Assembly (NCBI RefSeq): GCF_009914755.1
Contig: NC_060933.1
Reading direction: 5' to 3' (one strand)
DNA: 64,000 nucleotides
Source of the DNA: the human T2T-CHM13v2.0 reference genome, Homo sapiens
The notes under the pieces are model-generated. The model was not told the origin of the DNA, made no database searches, and saw nothing but the letters and a program-made list of their open reading frames with translations. Shown piece after piece: positions 11,834-26,118 of the stretch (position 1 is the first letter of the stretch; the number at the start of each line of letters is the position of its first letter). The position numbers were made by a program, and so were the translations under genes.

Positions 11834-14800
11834 AGACCTAGATCAGTTGTCTCCAAGATGGAGTACCCTTACTGCAAAGGTTTCTGAAAGAATATAATAA
11901 AACCTCTAAATAAACATTTTAAAAACTCATTTGCTTTGTAAATATGTGTATATGTAGGTGTGTATATATGTAATTATGTATATGTACACATATGTAAACA
12001 GCATATAATGTCTAAGTTTATATAGGATATATATATATAATATATATAACAACAATATATATGAATATATAGTGAGGAAGAAAGAGGGAAAATGAGTAGT
12101 TATTTTTACTAGAGGGAATATTCAATCAAAAATCCAGAAACCTCTGATCTAGATGAAAATCTCATACTCTGTCAGTTCCTTAAACCTTCTATGATACTTC
12201 TGAGCTGGATGGTGACTTGAACATAAGTATCTGGCTCTGTTCTTTCTCCCTATCTCCACCCTGCTGATTCCCTGTTAGAAAAACTAACAAAATAGAACAG
12301 AGAAAACACTGCAACAAAACTGGAAACCAAAGAAGCACCAAGGTCCTTAGACCAGCAACTTGGAGGAATTTCTACTAGAAATGGTCTGCGCATGGCCAGA
12401 TCAAAGGCAGGCCAACTGAATCTCTGTATGTGTGGGAATAGCCTGTCTGGTCTGTAAGAAGAAACTTCAGCAAAAAACAAAAAACACCCTCTCATTAAGT
12501 GAGGCAATCAGATGGTATATGTGGATCCTAACCAGTAACTCCAAGAAACACACCAAGTACTAAAGGCCATACTAAGCTGGGTTGCATGTAATAGCACAGA
12601 ATTACTTTATTTGTAATAAAAATTACCTTAACCACACATGTGTGCATACAAGCACACACACAACTCCAAATAACTCCTGGCTATCAGAGCAAACACAGAA
12701 AACAAAAACAGGCAAAATCCCCCAGTGTGATCCTCTACCACTGGTTTCCTCTTCATTTTGTTAATCTACAAATGAATCAAGTGAAGCTACAGTAAATTTA
12801 AACTTTCCCCTTCCCTGTCACTTTGTCAATTCTTAAAACATCTGGAAAAAAACCATACAATCTGCAGCAGAACCCATCTCAACTTCTATCTGTATAAGCC
12901 CAGTTATTTTTGAGAATGACCAAGGGTCATGGAATGTGAAATATCACGGTCCAAAAGCAGGTTGCACACTGAAGATCGGTGCATGTATCTTCCTATGAAG
13001 TTGTTATTGCAGTGAACAGGAAAAAAGATATTTCCTGAAACTTACTATCAAAATAGTTCACATTTCCTTGTATTTATGGAAGCAGGAATTACAAAGAAGA
13101 AACAAGTATCTACCCCCCAAAAAAAAGAAAAAGAAAACTTACAATGAAGGCAGTCAACAAGATTTTAAGTACTGCAAAAACAAAGTCCAGGTCATGCATG
13201 CAATTTTCCCATAGCTCAGAGGAAAAGAATAAACCGATAAAAAATGATCAGAAACAAGGCTGGAGACTCATAGGCTGAGCTAGGAAATCCAACACACTAA
13301 TAAAAGAAATTATAAGGAGAAGATGATAAATGAGGGGGAAAAAAATCAAAGAAAGGATTAGGGAGAAGGGAAACTTACCCAACTCTACAAATCAAAAAGG
13401 CACATGAAAAAACAGAAAATGATGAGAAATTACAAAAAAAAAAAAACCTCACACCTGAATGTATCCTGGTAAAATTCTTATATTTCAAAGATAAAAAGAA
13501 AAAAGATCTACCAGCCTCTAGGCAGCAAAGAGAGAGACTAGGTTATCTGTACAATTGTGGAAAAGAAATTACAAACCAAGAATCTTATACTTAGTGTGAT
13601 GTATGAGAAAACAGAAATTGTGCTTGAGATGCTATGATTATTAATATCCTATATCAAAGCAAGTTGTAAAAAGGGCCACCAAGCGGAAATTTAAACTAGG
13701 TGGTAAAGAACTACAATTCACACACATTCAGGGCATAAAAGAACTAAGTGTTGTTAAATGTTAAGAAAAACTTAAGAGGAAGTTTTTTTTTTTTTTAAGA
13801 GGAAAGAATGCTATATACCCTACCCACCCAGGTATTTCCCCCTTGACTTCAAGTCCAAAGTCACCTGCAGAAGAGGCAATGCAGCAGATTGTGTCTAATG
13901 CCATCAGGAGGATAAGGAAGAGGTTGTTTAGCTGCTTTGACAGTGGAGCCAGAGGAAACTTCTGTTATGTTGGGAGCTGCTCACCTCCCTGACTTTGTCT
14001 GGGCATAGACCACACAGGAGTGAGCCAGGCTCAAGTCATTTTGAAACCTACTACAGGACTCCAAGGGAATGATGGGACTCAAAAGAGACAATCTATGAAA
14101 CAGACTGCTGAGAAATCAGGGGCCAGTGGGAAGAAGAGTCAGCTACGTTAAAAATCCATCATCTGTTATTCATGGAAAATTAAGCCAAATATACCTCCAC
14201 TGGAATCTTCCAAGAGCCCAAGAAGAAACCCTCAGAGATAGTCAGTTCTGAACATCTGCCAGGCTCACTTAGCACAAAGCCATCTTTCAGCAGTCAGACA
14301 AAATGCCCCTTCCTTCTTCCTTCTCTTCTCTCAACTTTTACACCATAAAAGCCAAAATAAGGTGTGGGCAGAAAAGAAAAATTAGGTGGGGAGAGACAGA
14401 CTGAGTGATATACCCTCTATCTCTAGGTAAGCCATCAGTTCATAGCGGGCTTCTAATATGCCAGGGGGTTCATTTGAAATTAGACTATTATTTAGTATGG
14501 GAAAAATTTTATTACTAATTTGCAACTGTGTCTGATTATTTTGATTGGCCACAGGATAACTTACTCTACAAGAATACCCCAAGACATGAAGACTTGCCTA
14601 AGAGTTCTTCTAGGGGAAAGGGAAGAACCTTCCCCATTAAAAATTAAAAGGGGCAGTTGATGACAAAATTTTTTAAGTTAAGATTATACCTAATAAATCC
14701 TCTTTGTCCAACATATTTGTTATCAGCAACTAAATAGTCAAAATATAAGAAGTCAACACAAGAGGTTCTCAGAGACAAAAAGTTTAGAAAGTCCGCTAAA

Positions 14801-16049
14801 ACATTCTCTTTCTGTAAAGTTTACTCAAAACACTCCAGCCAAATGAGTTTAATTGGATTTAAAATTCAAACTAAGAAATCTGTAGTATACAAGATACAGT
14901 GCTGAGCAACAAAATAAGTAAAATTCAAATCTAAATAATAGTATTACAGCAACAAAATAGAATTTAAATGTTTCATGTCCTTAAAAGAAATATAAGGTAG
15001 TATGTAATAATCTGTCTGTAACAACAAACTGTAAACAACATAACGATCCATGATTAAGCCTGCTTCAATATATCACAACAGACCTACATGTGCTTACATA
15101 ACTACCTTTCCCAGGTAAATTTTTAAGTAAAATAAAAAGGTATAGGCAAATATAATATGATGCTATTTAAGTATAAATACATAGAATTTTTCTAAATTTT
15201 AAACCATAAACTATTATTAGTGGCTATTATGAGTGGTTTCTATGAGAAGGCTTTTTAACCATGTTCAAATTTTATATTCTTTAAACCTTAAAGACAAAAA
15301 TTAATGTAAAATAAATGAACATGTTATTTACTCTCACAGTAATAAAGGAAAAAAATGGCAAAAATCTCCATGTTGGGGCTCCATGAAAATTCATAAAATG
15401 CATAGAACTTTAGGCTGTTTTTTATCTGCAAAACATTCTTATTGTTCAATTCTATCTAAAAGTGAAGTTTTATTTAGAAAAATCTAATGTGTATGATTTT
15501 GTTTATTTAATAACAACTTAAAATATGTTTAAAAACTGTGTTTTTTTCCTTTATCTTCTGAACTTGATGACTTGGATTTTAAAATGTATTCCTTACTCAA
15601 ATGACAGAGAATAATACTAGCACAGAAGAAACTGCTATAATGGAACAGTCATGAACTTTTAAACCTAGACTTCTGTTCAAATGTCTTAGTTACCTTCATC
15701 TGTATTATGGAAATAAGATCTATTTTCCAAGAATTATACCACATGGCACTTTGTACTGGGAAGATACTCAGAAGCTGGTTATTAAAAGAGTAAAGAAGTG
15801 AGTAATAAACATAAAAATCTCCAAGGCTTTTCTGGGAGAGGTTTTTGTTCAATATAATCACACCCATGCTACATATGAGCCAAAGTCACGAAGCCTAAGG
15901 GGTCCTGGTTAGCTCTGGTTCCCCTTTATCACAAGAGAGTCAAGAAGTCAGTTCAGAACCCATGGTACCACAGAGAAGAGTGCAGTAGAACTAGGTAGTA
16001 TAATGGCAGCAAATTGCCTATGTGCTATCTCATGAAAAGAAGAGATCCA

Positions 16050-16172
16050 GGCCAGGTGCGGTGGCTAATACCTGTAATCACAGCACTTTGGTAGGCAGAG
16101 GCGAGAGGATCTGTCAAGCCCAGGAGTTCAAGACCACCTGGTCAAGGTTTAAAAAAAAAAAAAAAAAAAAAA
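16050..16172 (+). mobile_element. Alu monomer (FLAM-like) with poly(A)
   Basis: ggccaggtgcggtggct...caggagttcaagacca then A-run; TSD aagaagagatcca / aagaagagagcca. Confidence 0.82.
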
Positions 16173-17382
16173 AGAAGAGAGCCAACATCCTCGTAGTGTG
16201 CACTGCAGACACTGCAATTAACAGGAACAATTACAGGGGAGAAATACTAGTTGGAACAACTTACAAAATCTGGCCCCTGAGCATACTCAACCTAGGTTGC
16301 CAGGGCCTCCTCCAACATATCCTATACGTATAAAGAGAGAACTTCAATCTATGAACACAGTCACAGAAAACCAAAGGCAACGTTTGACACTTTTCCTTAT
16401 TTATATGCTTATTTAATAATTTTTATCAATCATAATTTCCTACTGCTTTTAGCATATTGAATATCAAACTAAAAAGAATGAGTGTTTTTATCTAATGACA
16501 AGTTTGTTCAACTTTTTGAAAAAACAACAGACTCCTTTTGTCAAATAGTCAAATTATTTAAAGAATACCAACATATGAAATGGGAAAAATGGAGACATTC
16601 AGTCTATTCCTTGTCACTGTAATGCCTACAGTGAAACCCTGTTGACCCAGGGGTCCACAGAACACAATGTGTAAAACAAGAACCTTATAACAAAATATTT
16701 TTAAGTTACAAAATAACTCTTCAAAATAGTAAGAAATAATTTCTTAATCTCATCACTTCAACAACTACAAAATAAAAATAGATTATACTCCTAATAGCTG
16801 CTGTCAAAACAAAAATCGAACAAATAACAGACAAAGACTGCAGTTGTGAAAATGCAACTGGATGTGAAGAACATTACTGCAAATATCTCAAAAGTCCACA
16901 AGATGGTGATATTTAGTAAAAAATTAATACATGTTCAAAAGCATTGCATGATGTTCTCCAGGAATTTAAAATGCTTATATCTTTGTAGTAAAAGAATGTT
17001 TGCTAAAAATTAAAAATCAGAATATTGATGAGTGAAGTCAAGTGATTTTATTGAAAGCAAGAAAACAATTCAGAGAAAAGATTCTTCCACCTTTGCATCA
17101 ACAATTTCCTTCATCACTGACCTTGCCTAAGAGGAATTATATTTGAGATTCCCCTTATATAAGAATGAAGATAATGACAAATTTAGGGGGAAGTTATCAT
17201 GAGACTCTTTCAATGATAGCCCTCAATAAATAATATCTGCTTAATTATTAAACTGCTATCAGATATCTGCTATCAGATATTGTTAATAAAATACTCATTT
17301 GATTTTCCTGAATATCACACAAGAGAAGTTTCCTTATCCCAACTTTGTAAGTGAAGAAACTGAATCAGGGCATTTGGTAACT

Positions 17383-17965
17383 GGTAAAACACAGAATTAT
17401 CATAAGATTCAGCAATTCCACTCCTAAGTATACACCCAAGAAAAATGAAAACATATATGTACATAAAAGCTTGTACGTGAATGTTCACAGCAGCATTATT
17501 CATAACAGCTAAAAAGTAGAAACAACCCGAATGTCCATCAATTGATGAATGGGTAAATAAAATATGGTATATCCATATAAAGGAATATTATTCAGCAATA
17601 AAGGGAAATGAAGACTGAAACATACTACAATACAGATGAAACTTGAAAGCATTATGCTAAGTGAAAGGAGTCAGTCACAAAGAACCACATCTTGTATGAT
17701 TCCATTTACAGGAAATATCCAGAACAGGCAAATCCATAGAGACAGAAAGTAGATTGGTGGTTGCCCAGGACTGGGAGAATGGGGGAGAAGGTGACTGCTA
17801 AGGGGTACTGAAAATGTTTTTAGGGTTCTGAAAAATGTTCTAGAATTCACCATGGTAGTGAACGCACAACTCTGTGAATACACTAAAAGCTACTGTACTG
17901 TACATTTTAAATAGGTGAATTGTATGGTATGTGAATTACATTTCAATCAAGCTTATTTTTTTAAA
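17383..17965 (+). mobile_element. L1MB-type 3' end
   Basis: cagcaattccactcctaag...aatgtccatcaattgatgaatgg...gtatgtgaattacatttcaa. Confidence 0.82.
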
Positions 17966-18319
17966 AGTTTTCTAATTGATTAATATAGATTACTTAGGAG
18001 AAAAAAGTAAATTAGCTATGCTTTCAATTTGTAATTCAGCATCAGATATGGATTTAGACTCCGTATGTATTCCTTCTGTCTTTCACTTTCCCTCAAAACA
18101 AAAACATGTACAGTAATTCATTTACATTGTATGGTAAAATGGAGATACACAGAGAAAGCTCACTTCGGGCATATAGCCAGATGAGGTGGCAAGCACAACT
18201 TGATCTTTAGTGTAGATCTGAAGAGGTGAACAGGTGTAGGTAGGAGTTTCACAGAACAAAACCCAAGAAGACTCACGGAGTTATAATGTGGACTTAAAGG
18301 GAGAGATAAAGGACTCCTC

Positions 18320-18889
18320 CATTTTTTAAAATCGTGGTAGAAAAACACAATATTTACCATCTTACCCATTTTGAATAGTACAATTCAATAGTGCTAAGTA
18401 TATTCACATCATTGTGCAACAGGTCTCCGGAATTTTTTCATCTTGCAGAACTGCAGAAATATACCCATTGAACAACTCCTCATTTCCCCTCTCCCCAGTC
18501 CCTGGGAGCCACTAATCTACTTTGTGTTTCTATAAGTCTATTTTAGATACTTCATATCAGTGAAATCGTACAGTATTTGTCTTTTTGTGACTTATTTCAC
18601 TTAGCATAATGTCCTCAAGGTTTTTCAGTGCTGAAGCATGTGATAAGATTTCCTTCTCTTTAAAGACTGAATAACATTCTATTGGATATATATATATCAC
18701 ATTTTGATATATATATATCAATATGTGTGTATATATAGCAATATGTGTCTATATATCTATATATGTCAACATATATATCAATATGTGTGTATATATGATA
18801 TATATATATATATCACATTTTGTTTATCCATTCATAGATATCTGGGTTGCTTCCATGTCGTGGCGAGTGTGAATAATATTGCTATGAAT
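18320..18889 (-). mobile_element. 5'-truncated L1MB-type 3' end with internal TA-rich expansion
   Basis: L1MB 3'UTR; TSD aaggactcctc at 18309-18319 and 18890-18900. Confidence 0.85.
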
Positions 18890-19112
18890 AAGGACTCCTC
18901 TACCTTAATATCCTACTTTCTCACTATTATTAAGATTCTAAGGGAACAACAGAAACTTAAGCATAAACAAATACCTAATAAGATAAATCAGCATTCCCTC
19001 AAGATGTCTTTCAAAGAATATGAATATATGTTTGGAAAAATAAAGACCTCACAATTACAAAAGTTTAGTAAACACTAAGGTAAAACAGATAAACAGGTTT
19101 CTCTATTGCAGG

Positions 19113-19395
19113 TTTTTTTTTTTTTTTTTTTTTTTGTCTTTTTTTAGAGGCAAGATCTCATTCTGCTGCCCAGGCTGGAGTGCAGTGGTGCAATCATAGC
19201 TCACTATAGCCTTGAACTCCCAGACTCAAGGAATCCTCCCACCTTGGCCTCCCAAGTAGCTAGGACTACAGGCAGACAACATCATGCCCAGCAATTCAGC
19301 AATTTGTTTTTTTTTTTTTTTTTTTTTTTTAGAGATAGGATCTGCCTGTGTTGGGATTACAGGCATGAGCCACCAGCTCAGTGAAGACACCCAGC
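19113..19395 (-). mobile_element. AluJ with deleted left arm and long T linker
   Basis: Poly-T, gcccaggctggagtgcagtggtgcaatcatagctcact..., gggattacaggcatgagccacc. Confidence 0.88.
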
Positions 19396-20134
19396 TGTCT
19401 TCAATTTTTCTATGTGCACTGTGAATTCATACAAGACTATATTGTAGGCAGTTTTCCCTTAAACTTATTTGATAAGGAAGTTTTGTTGCAGGGTCTCTTG
19501 AATTTCTGTTTCAGGCTGCAGTCTGGGGAGTCCGGTATCAACTGAACACTGAAATTAAAGTTGGGCTCTTCTGTACAGTGCCTTGAATAGCCATGTTTAA
19601 AACACATTGATGTTACAACGATAACAATGATAGCTTGAACTAATTACAAGAAGCTAGGTTTTTTTTTTTTCATTCTTATATATCCTCAGGGCTGAAAGCA
19701 GCCGCGGCCATAAAGCCAACAATAACAGTATCATTCTGCTGATTAAAAAAAAAAAAACAATGCAGGCATCCCTAATTCATATTCCAATACCCTAAAGGTA
19801 CTGGACATCTGGTCTCTACCTCTGGAGTATCTGCAAGGAACGTATAAGTGTAATATTAATGTAATAAATTCATTACAACCAGAAATTAGATATATCAGGA
19901 ATTATTCAAGAAGGAAGTCTCCCGTTTGGAACTGAGATGAGTAAAGCTTATATCCAATACCCTTATTTTACTTCCACAAAATAATAGAAAGGGTAATTGT
20001 AATAATAGCCTCAAGTCACCAAAAAAGCTTAAATTAGTACAGAGTTAACTCTAGCTCTCAAAACTAAGTAAACTAGGAGAATACAATTCTCAACCATGAA
20101 AATTAACAAAGCTATTGTTAAATGTGTAACTTAC

Positions 20135-20223
20135 TGCTATAATTTGGTCTCCAATTTGGATTCTTCCATCATGCTCAACGGCACTGCTTTTTGTAATGCT
20201 CTTTACAAAGATTCCTGAAGGTT
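20135..20223 (-). CDS. MPDZ: MPDZ exon 10, PDZ3 middle (89 nt)
   Basis: EPSGIFVKSITKSSAVEHDGRIQIGDQIIA; atcttag| acceptor, GCA|GTAAGT donor. Confidence 0.96.
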
Positions 20224-20540
20224 CTAAGATTAGAAATAGTTTATTTTTCACAATTTTCAAAGCACATTCAAAGAATATCCATCTTCGATTCTCCAACTAT
20301 AAAGCTCTAATTCAGAATAAATACGTATCATCTAGTAGAAACACAGGCTAAAGAATAAGATAATTGTTTTGTCTGTCTTAAATACAATATAAGAGTCACC
20401 TACACTAAATTATTCCTAAGGAAGTTTTCAACCAGTTTATCCAACAACCTGAAACATGTAATATCAACTCAATATTTTATAAGAGATAGATATCAGAGGT
20501 AATTGTCAAGTTTAAAAGAATACTTAATGTTTAAAATTAC

Positions 20541-20655
20541 CCAATTTTTTATCTCCAATGTAGCCAGCAATGGTAATTCCTAATCCTTGGACATTTTTAG
20601 TGAGTTCTACATCAAATGTCTCACTTTCTTCACCTTTCTGAGTAGAAGCATCAAC
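20541..20655 (-). CDS. MPDZ: MPDZ exon 9, PDZ3 start (115 nt)
   Basis: VDASTQKGEESETFDVELTKNVQGLGITIAGYIGDKKL; tttttag| acceptor, TGG|GTAATT donor. Confidence 0.96.
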
Positions 20656-22919
20656 CTAAAATAAAATCAATAAATATACAGTGAAATAATACGTAAAAAA
20701 AACAAAAAACAAAAAACAAACAAACAAACAAAAAAACCATGATAAAATAAAGCCACAGGCCTACTTTAATTCTCTAGCAAAGAATTATAGCAGAGACGAT
20801 TCCTTTAATCCTGAAAACAGGGATAGGCATCATCATATTTTTGCTCAGAAAGGGATATCAGGCAGGAATAAGGTTGAACCTTCCCTTATCAGAGAATACA
20901 TTATTGTTTGCGTACAATAAATTTTAAATCAAACAGGTTTTTTTTAGCAAATTCTATTTTCAGAGATGGCTCATCTTAATTTCTGGAGAAGTCAGGATGC
21001 AGTACATCTGAAAGAACTAATGTTATGAATTCAGATCAACAAGTTAAATCTAGCTTTGCCACTTCATCTAGAAAGAAAATATCACTTTGGTCAACTATCA
21101 GGAAAAGAATAACAACAACTAGACCAGCTACCATTTATTGAGCAGTTTGTGTGTAACTCAGAATTAAGACTCTACATGTCTTAATTCATTATTCCTCATA
21201 ATTCCTCATAATTCAGCATCCTGAATGATAACTGAAAGTGGGTTTCGCAGATGCCACCTTCTCTAATGTGTAGAGTTGTTACAAATTCTATGTTGGACTG
21301 AAGAGCAAGTCTCCCTAAAATTAAGCATTACTTGATTGGTACAATATATCATCAATAAGCTATTGGTACTATGTATTAGCATGGTGTCAGCAGATCCTAC
21401 AGAGAACCTTAAGAAGAGCACAAAGAAATCAAAGCTATAGATTCTAATGGACAGTCAGGTTGGGGCTAGCTGATGTTTTCTAATTTCTTTAAACAAACTC
21501 TGACAGTCCACTTAAATGAGATATAATTTTACAGTAAAGTTTGATTTATTTTTTTCATTGCACATAATTATCTGTGCAAACTTAGCAAAAGTTTAAAGTT
21601 TAGATAATTACAAGAAAATGACAGGATGAAATCTGCTTCAATTGAAACAAATGTGTTTTCTATTTTTAATAAGACTTATGCGAGTGCTATTTTAGAGAGT
21701 GGCAATTTGACTATCGAATGGTTTTAAAAGGGGCACAAGCTTCAGAAATGATGATATGCACAGAACAGATATTTTTCTAAGCTTTCAATTACATCAAGTG
21801 GTTTTCGGTATTGCATTCATTTATATATCGCTGAATAAAATGTTTTGTTTACCATAAAAGAATGCCATTTAAACACTTTCATAAACAAGCATTCTTTACT
21901 TCTTTCTCTTTGCAAAAAATAGCAACCAAATTCAATCCTAAAAACAACAGAATCATGGAAATTACAAGTGTTCTAATAAAGTTTTAAAGGGCTTGTGGAG
22001 GAGGTTAGGATATTAAAAAAGAATTTGTAGCAACTGCTTAGAAAAAACTTTAATAGAACAAAACATAGATTTTTTACATCTATGGGAAAAGAATATAGGA
22101 CGTGTATTTACTATAAGGCTTATCTAGAAACTGGGTGTAATTCTTAAATATTTAAGAGACTTCTGGATAAATTATTTTGTTGATATTTATCCTCTGTAGT
22201 CTTGCGACCTGTAAATCTGCTGAGATACCCACTACTTTCCAATAATTTTGAAATTCTCTAGCTTTTTTCATATCAAGTTGACAAGGATGGAATGCTATGC
22301 ATATGAATAAAGTTTTTGTTATAACACCAAAAGAATAACTTTTGTTTAAAAAATTATATAACTGGGTCAGAATAATGACTACTTATTACAAATCTGATAA
22401 CAGTTCTAAGACATACTTTAAAACAATAACACTAAAAGGTTTTAGTAAGCCTTATTCATACTCACCAAGCCTGCCCCCACTCCTCAACCTCCACACATTC
22501 AAAACAAAAACAAAAATACTAATGGGAAAGTTGATGAAAGAGAATGATTAGAACTATGACCCACCTTACAGAGAGTCTTCTAACTGAGAAAAAGACAGAA
22601 TTAAACATTTTAGGTATCAGTACCAAATAATTTTTAAACTTTTACCCATACTTTAAAACATTATCCTCATAAATATGCTGCTTAAATAAAAATGTAAAAT
22701 AATCTAGCATGTTTAAGCAACCTATTTTTCATTTGTTTTACACATTATTCCTGATTAATAAAATATCATTAGTGCTAAAGCATCCCTACATTTGAATTTC
22801 ATTCCATTCTTTAGCACTAATATAGGAACATTAGTAAGTCTAGTTTCTAAGTAAACATCACTGTCGTCATCTAAGTGTTATTTCTCTGACTTTCACATTA
22901 ACTACTCTTAACTACTTAC

Positions 22920-23129
22920 CCGCAACTCTGGTGTTGAAGTTGGGGATGAGGAGAGGGTGATGCCCAAAGCAGTGGGTGCTGTACGTTCTTCTATGGCACC
23001 TCTTGCAATCATCAACTTAACTCTATTTCCACATTGCCTAAGGACTTGTGCTACTTGCTCACTGCTCATTCCTGCTAGATCTGTGTCACCAATCTTTAGA
23101 ATGTGGTCTCCACTGCATAAACGCCCATG
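22920..23129 (-). CDS. MPDZ: MPDZ exon 8, PDZ2 C-half (210 nt)
   Basis: Hand translation HGRLCSGDHILKIGDTDLAGMSSEQVAQVLRQCGNRVKLMIARGAIEERTAPTALGITLSSSPTSTPELR (absent from the ORF track); tactcag| acceptor, CGG|GTAAGT donor. Confidence 0.97.
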
Positions 23130-23682
23130 CTGAGTAAAACAATATTGAATAATTAGACTATTATTATTTTAACTGCAACAGATAAATCCTAAATGAGAAG
23201 GGATTAATTTTAGAAAAGCAATAATATGAGTTACCAATCAGGACATAAAATAAAACACATGGGTATAATATTAACTGTCTTTTGAAACATCCTAGCATCA
23301 TTCAGTGTGATGCAATAAATGAAATTCACATATAGTCTTTAAATCAATAGTCCATATGAACTTTTCATTTTGATTCTACCTACCAAGAGTTCATATGAAC
23401 TTTTCACTTTGATTTCTACCTAAATGCCTTTTTGTGAATTTTTTGGAGGGAAAGAAGAAAATGCCCTTAAGCAAAGTTGTATATAAATCACCATGCAAAT
23501 ATATATTACCTAAAATGTGGTATAAACCACAAGAAAGCATTATATTAATATCACAACTTTCTGCCTGGCTATTTCTATTATAAATGTCCCAAAAGAACTC
23601 ATGTGCAGGTGAAATACTTGTGAAGTGAAAATTCAGAAAGATGTGAGGAGTGAAAAGCAGTCTTATGAGCCTCCATACACAT

Positions 23683-23866
23683 GCAGTCCATTAACTTTCT
23701 GCAATGATGGAACTCTTCTGCACTACTCAATACAATAGCTACGGAGATCTTGAAATGTGGCTAGTCCAACTGAGAAGCTGAACTTGTAATTTCATTTAAT
23801 TTTAATTAACTTAAATTTTAATTTTAAAGGTGATATGCAGACAGCTACAATATTGAAGAGTGCAGC
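23683..23866. mobile_element. MER3 (hAT-Charlie)
   Basis: actttctgcaatgatggaa...cttgaaatgtggctagt...ctgaacttgtaatttcatttaattttaatt. Confidence 0.7.
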
Positions 23867-24732
23867 TCCACATTGAAGATAAAGCATGTAAATATCACAT
23901 GCTAGTCAACGAGAGACATTTCATTTGATGCTGCTAGATGCTAACTAATGTTTAAAAGGAAGAAAAATTTGCATACTATTATATTACCGTTAACACCCCT
24001 ACTGACAAGGTTGCCATTAAACAGGAATTTCATTTATGAATACAGGGAATATTTGATGAGCTGGACTTCCTACTTTAAGTTCAAACACACATGTATAAAC
24101 AACCACTTTATTTTTTAAAAAGTTATAATCAAGGCAAAACTTACTTAAACCAGTAAGCCTTATCAAATTAAGATATAAATCATAACAAATGTGTTAAATC
24201 TTTTCTCACATATATTGCAACAATGTCACATATCATAAATGGTAATGCCTCAATAAACTACTCAAGTGATAAAAAACAGGCTGTGTTTCATACACAAAGA
24301 TGATACCAATGACCCATCACTAAAGGAACAAGGTGAATGTTGTTTTTCTGCCTGAATACAAAAGTATATTTTCCCACAATACCCTGTGACTATAAAACAG
24401 CTGACTAGGTATATAAATACGAATTATGACTATAAAACAAATAGTAGCTACCTCCACAATTATCAAATCCATAACCTTGGCTTTAGTCTGAGGTTCAAAA
24501 GTGTTAAACTCATTGTCTAAAACTATAACTTAAGATTACTGTCCCTTTTCAAAGGTATTCCTCCCCTAGGTCTAAGACAACATTTTAGGGACACTCAATA
24601 AAACGAAAGATTCTAACTCAATTTCTTTGGCATCATTTAAGGCCAAAGTTTCTTCTTTCCAACAAAAAAATGTAAAAGATGTACCCATATTATTTGATAA
24701 AATAGCATAAAAGATCTATTGATGTAGCCTAC

Positions 24733-24861
24733 CTGATCAGCTACTCCTCCAGGCAGAATGGTTTTTACTATCACACCAGTTGCTTTTCCTCCTATGATGC
24801 CAAATCCCAAACCAGATCCATCATTCACCAATTCAATCGTTTCCATGTGTTGCCAGTGAAC
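24733..24861 (-). CDS. MPDZ: MPDZ exon 7, PDZ2 N-half (129 nt)
   Basis: [43 protein letters not shown]; tttgtag| acceptor, CAG|GTAGGC donor. Confidence 0.97.
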
Positions 24862-25593
24862 CTACAAACAAAGCTCATATATGAATTTGTAGAAATTTAC
24901 AAAGCACTACCATTTTACATTACAGTAGAAATTTTTGCGATTATTTTGTTAATATTAAATAATTAAATTCAGACATAATAATGAGTCCTAACAATGTCCC
25001 TTTCATTTGGTATACTTCCCTTTCAACAGAATGTAAGTGCCATTGACAGAATCATTCTTGAAATTATCAATATATCATCATAATGATTTCACTTCAACAG
25101 TTAAAGACAGGCATTGATTTGCAAGATCTTTTGTAGAACTTCTTTAAAAAAAAAGAAAAAGTTCAAAGAAAAAAAAAGGTCACATGTTAAGAATGTCTTC
25201 TGCATAATCCTGCCTTGAGGCAGGATTCCAAATTAGATGACTTCTTAAAAGTTACTGACAGCTAACTCTAACAATATAATTGTATAATTTTTAAAGCAAA
25301 ATCAAGCTTGTATCTGTCTACAGATAAAGTCAATTTTGTTAAAGGACTACATTTTTCATTTTTAAGGAATGCTGTCAAAGGACAAAACTACACAAAGAAA
25401 AGTAATTGTTGTTTTAGAACTTAGAAGCTTTATCATGCTTAAAGAACAAATATTCCAGGCTGGGGAAAAATAAAAGAATAGTCAGACAAAAACTCAAGAA
25501 GTGCAAAGACCCTACACAAATTAGAAACTTGGAGATAACCAAAAACAACTTGAAAAATACGTTCTGTTCCTTTTGAAAATTTTAGGTACTCAC

Positions 25594-25807
25594 CGGATTA
25601 GAGTGAGCTGAAATTGTGCTGGCTGCAGATGGAGAACGGGAAACTATGGGGCTGACAAGCTGAGGCAATGAGCCTCTGGCAATAACTAGCTGGACAGTAT
25701 CTTTGGCTTTCTGCAGGATGCTGATAGCCTGCTGATGTGTAATTGTCTGATCAAGAGCCTGTCCATTGATAGCAAGAATTTGATCAGTTTCTTTCAATCT
25801 TCCATCT
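25594..25807 (-). CDS. MPDZ: MPDZ exon 6, PDZ1 C-half (214 nt)
   Basis: DGRLKETDQILAINGQALDQTITHQQAISILQKAKDTVQLVIARG...SAHSNP; ttgatag| acceptor, CCG|GTGAGT donor. Confidence 0.97.
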
Positions 25808-26118
25808 CTATCAAGGATGCAAAAGGGGATAAAAGACAATCTGAGAGTTCTCAAGGAAATGACAGCTTCTTTGGCATGTATGTTCAAGTCATTTTTAATC
25901 CTATTTTTAATTCCCACACTCTAAGCTTTTTCCTGCAGTTCTACTGTAAAAAAAATACACGCCTTGGCTGCAGGTCATCAACTCTCGTAAGGTTATTTCA
26001 CTGCTACTCCTACTGAACCCCTCCCATATAAAAGTACTCTTTATTTCAGCTACCTACTCAGCCTACATTACATCTTGGATATTCTCATCTTCTAAAAATG
26101 AAAGTGGATATATCTATA

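Noticed and set aside
13810-14690. Possible ancient LTR inside old L1 sequence
   Set aside because: The composition is suggestive, but I could not identify termini, a TSD or a family.
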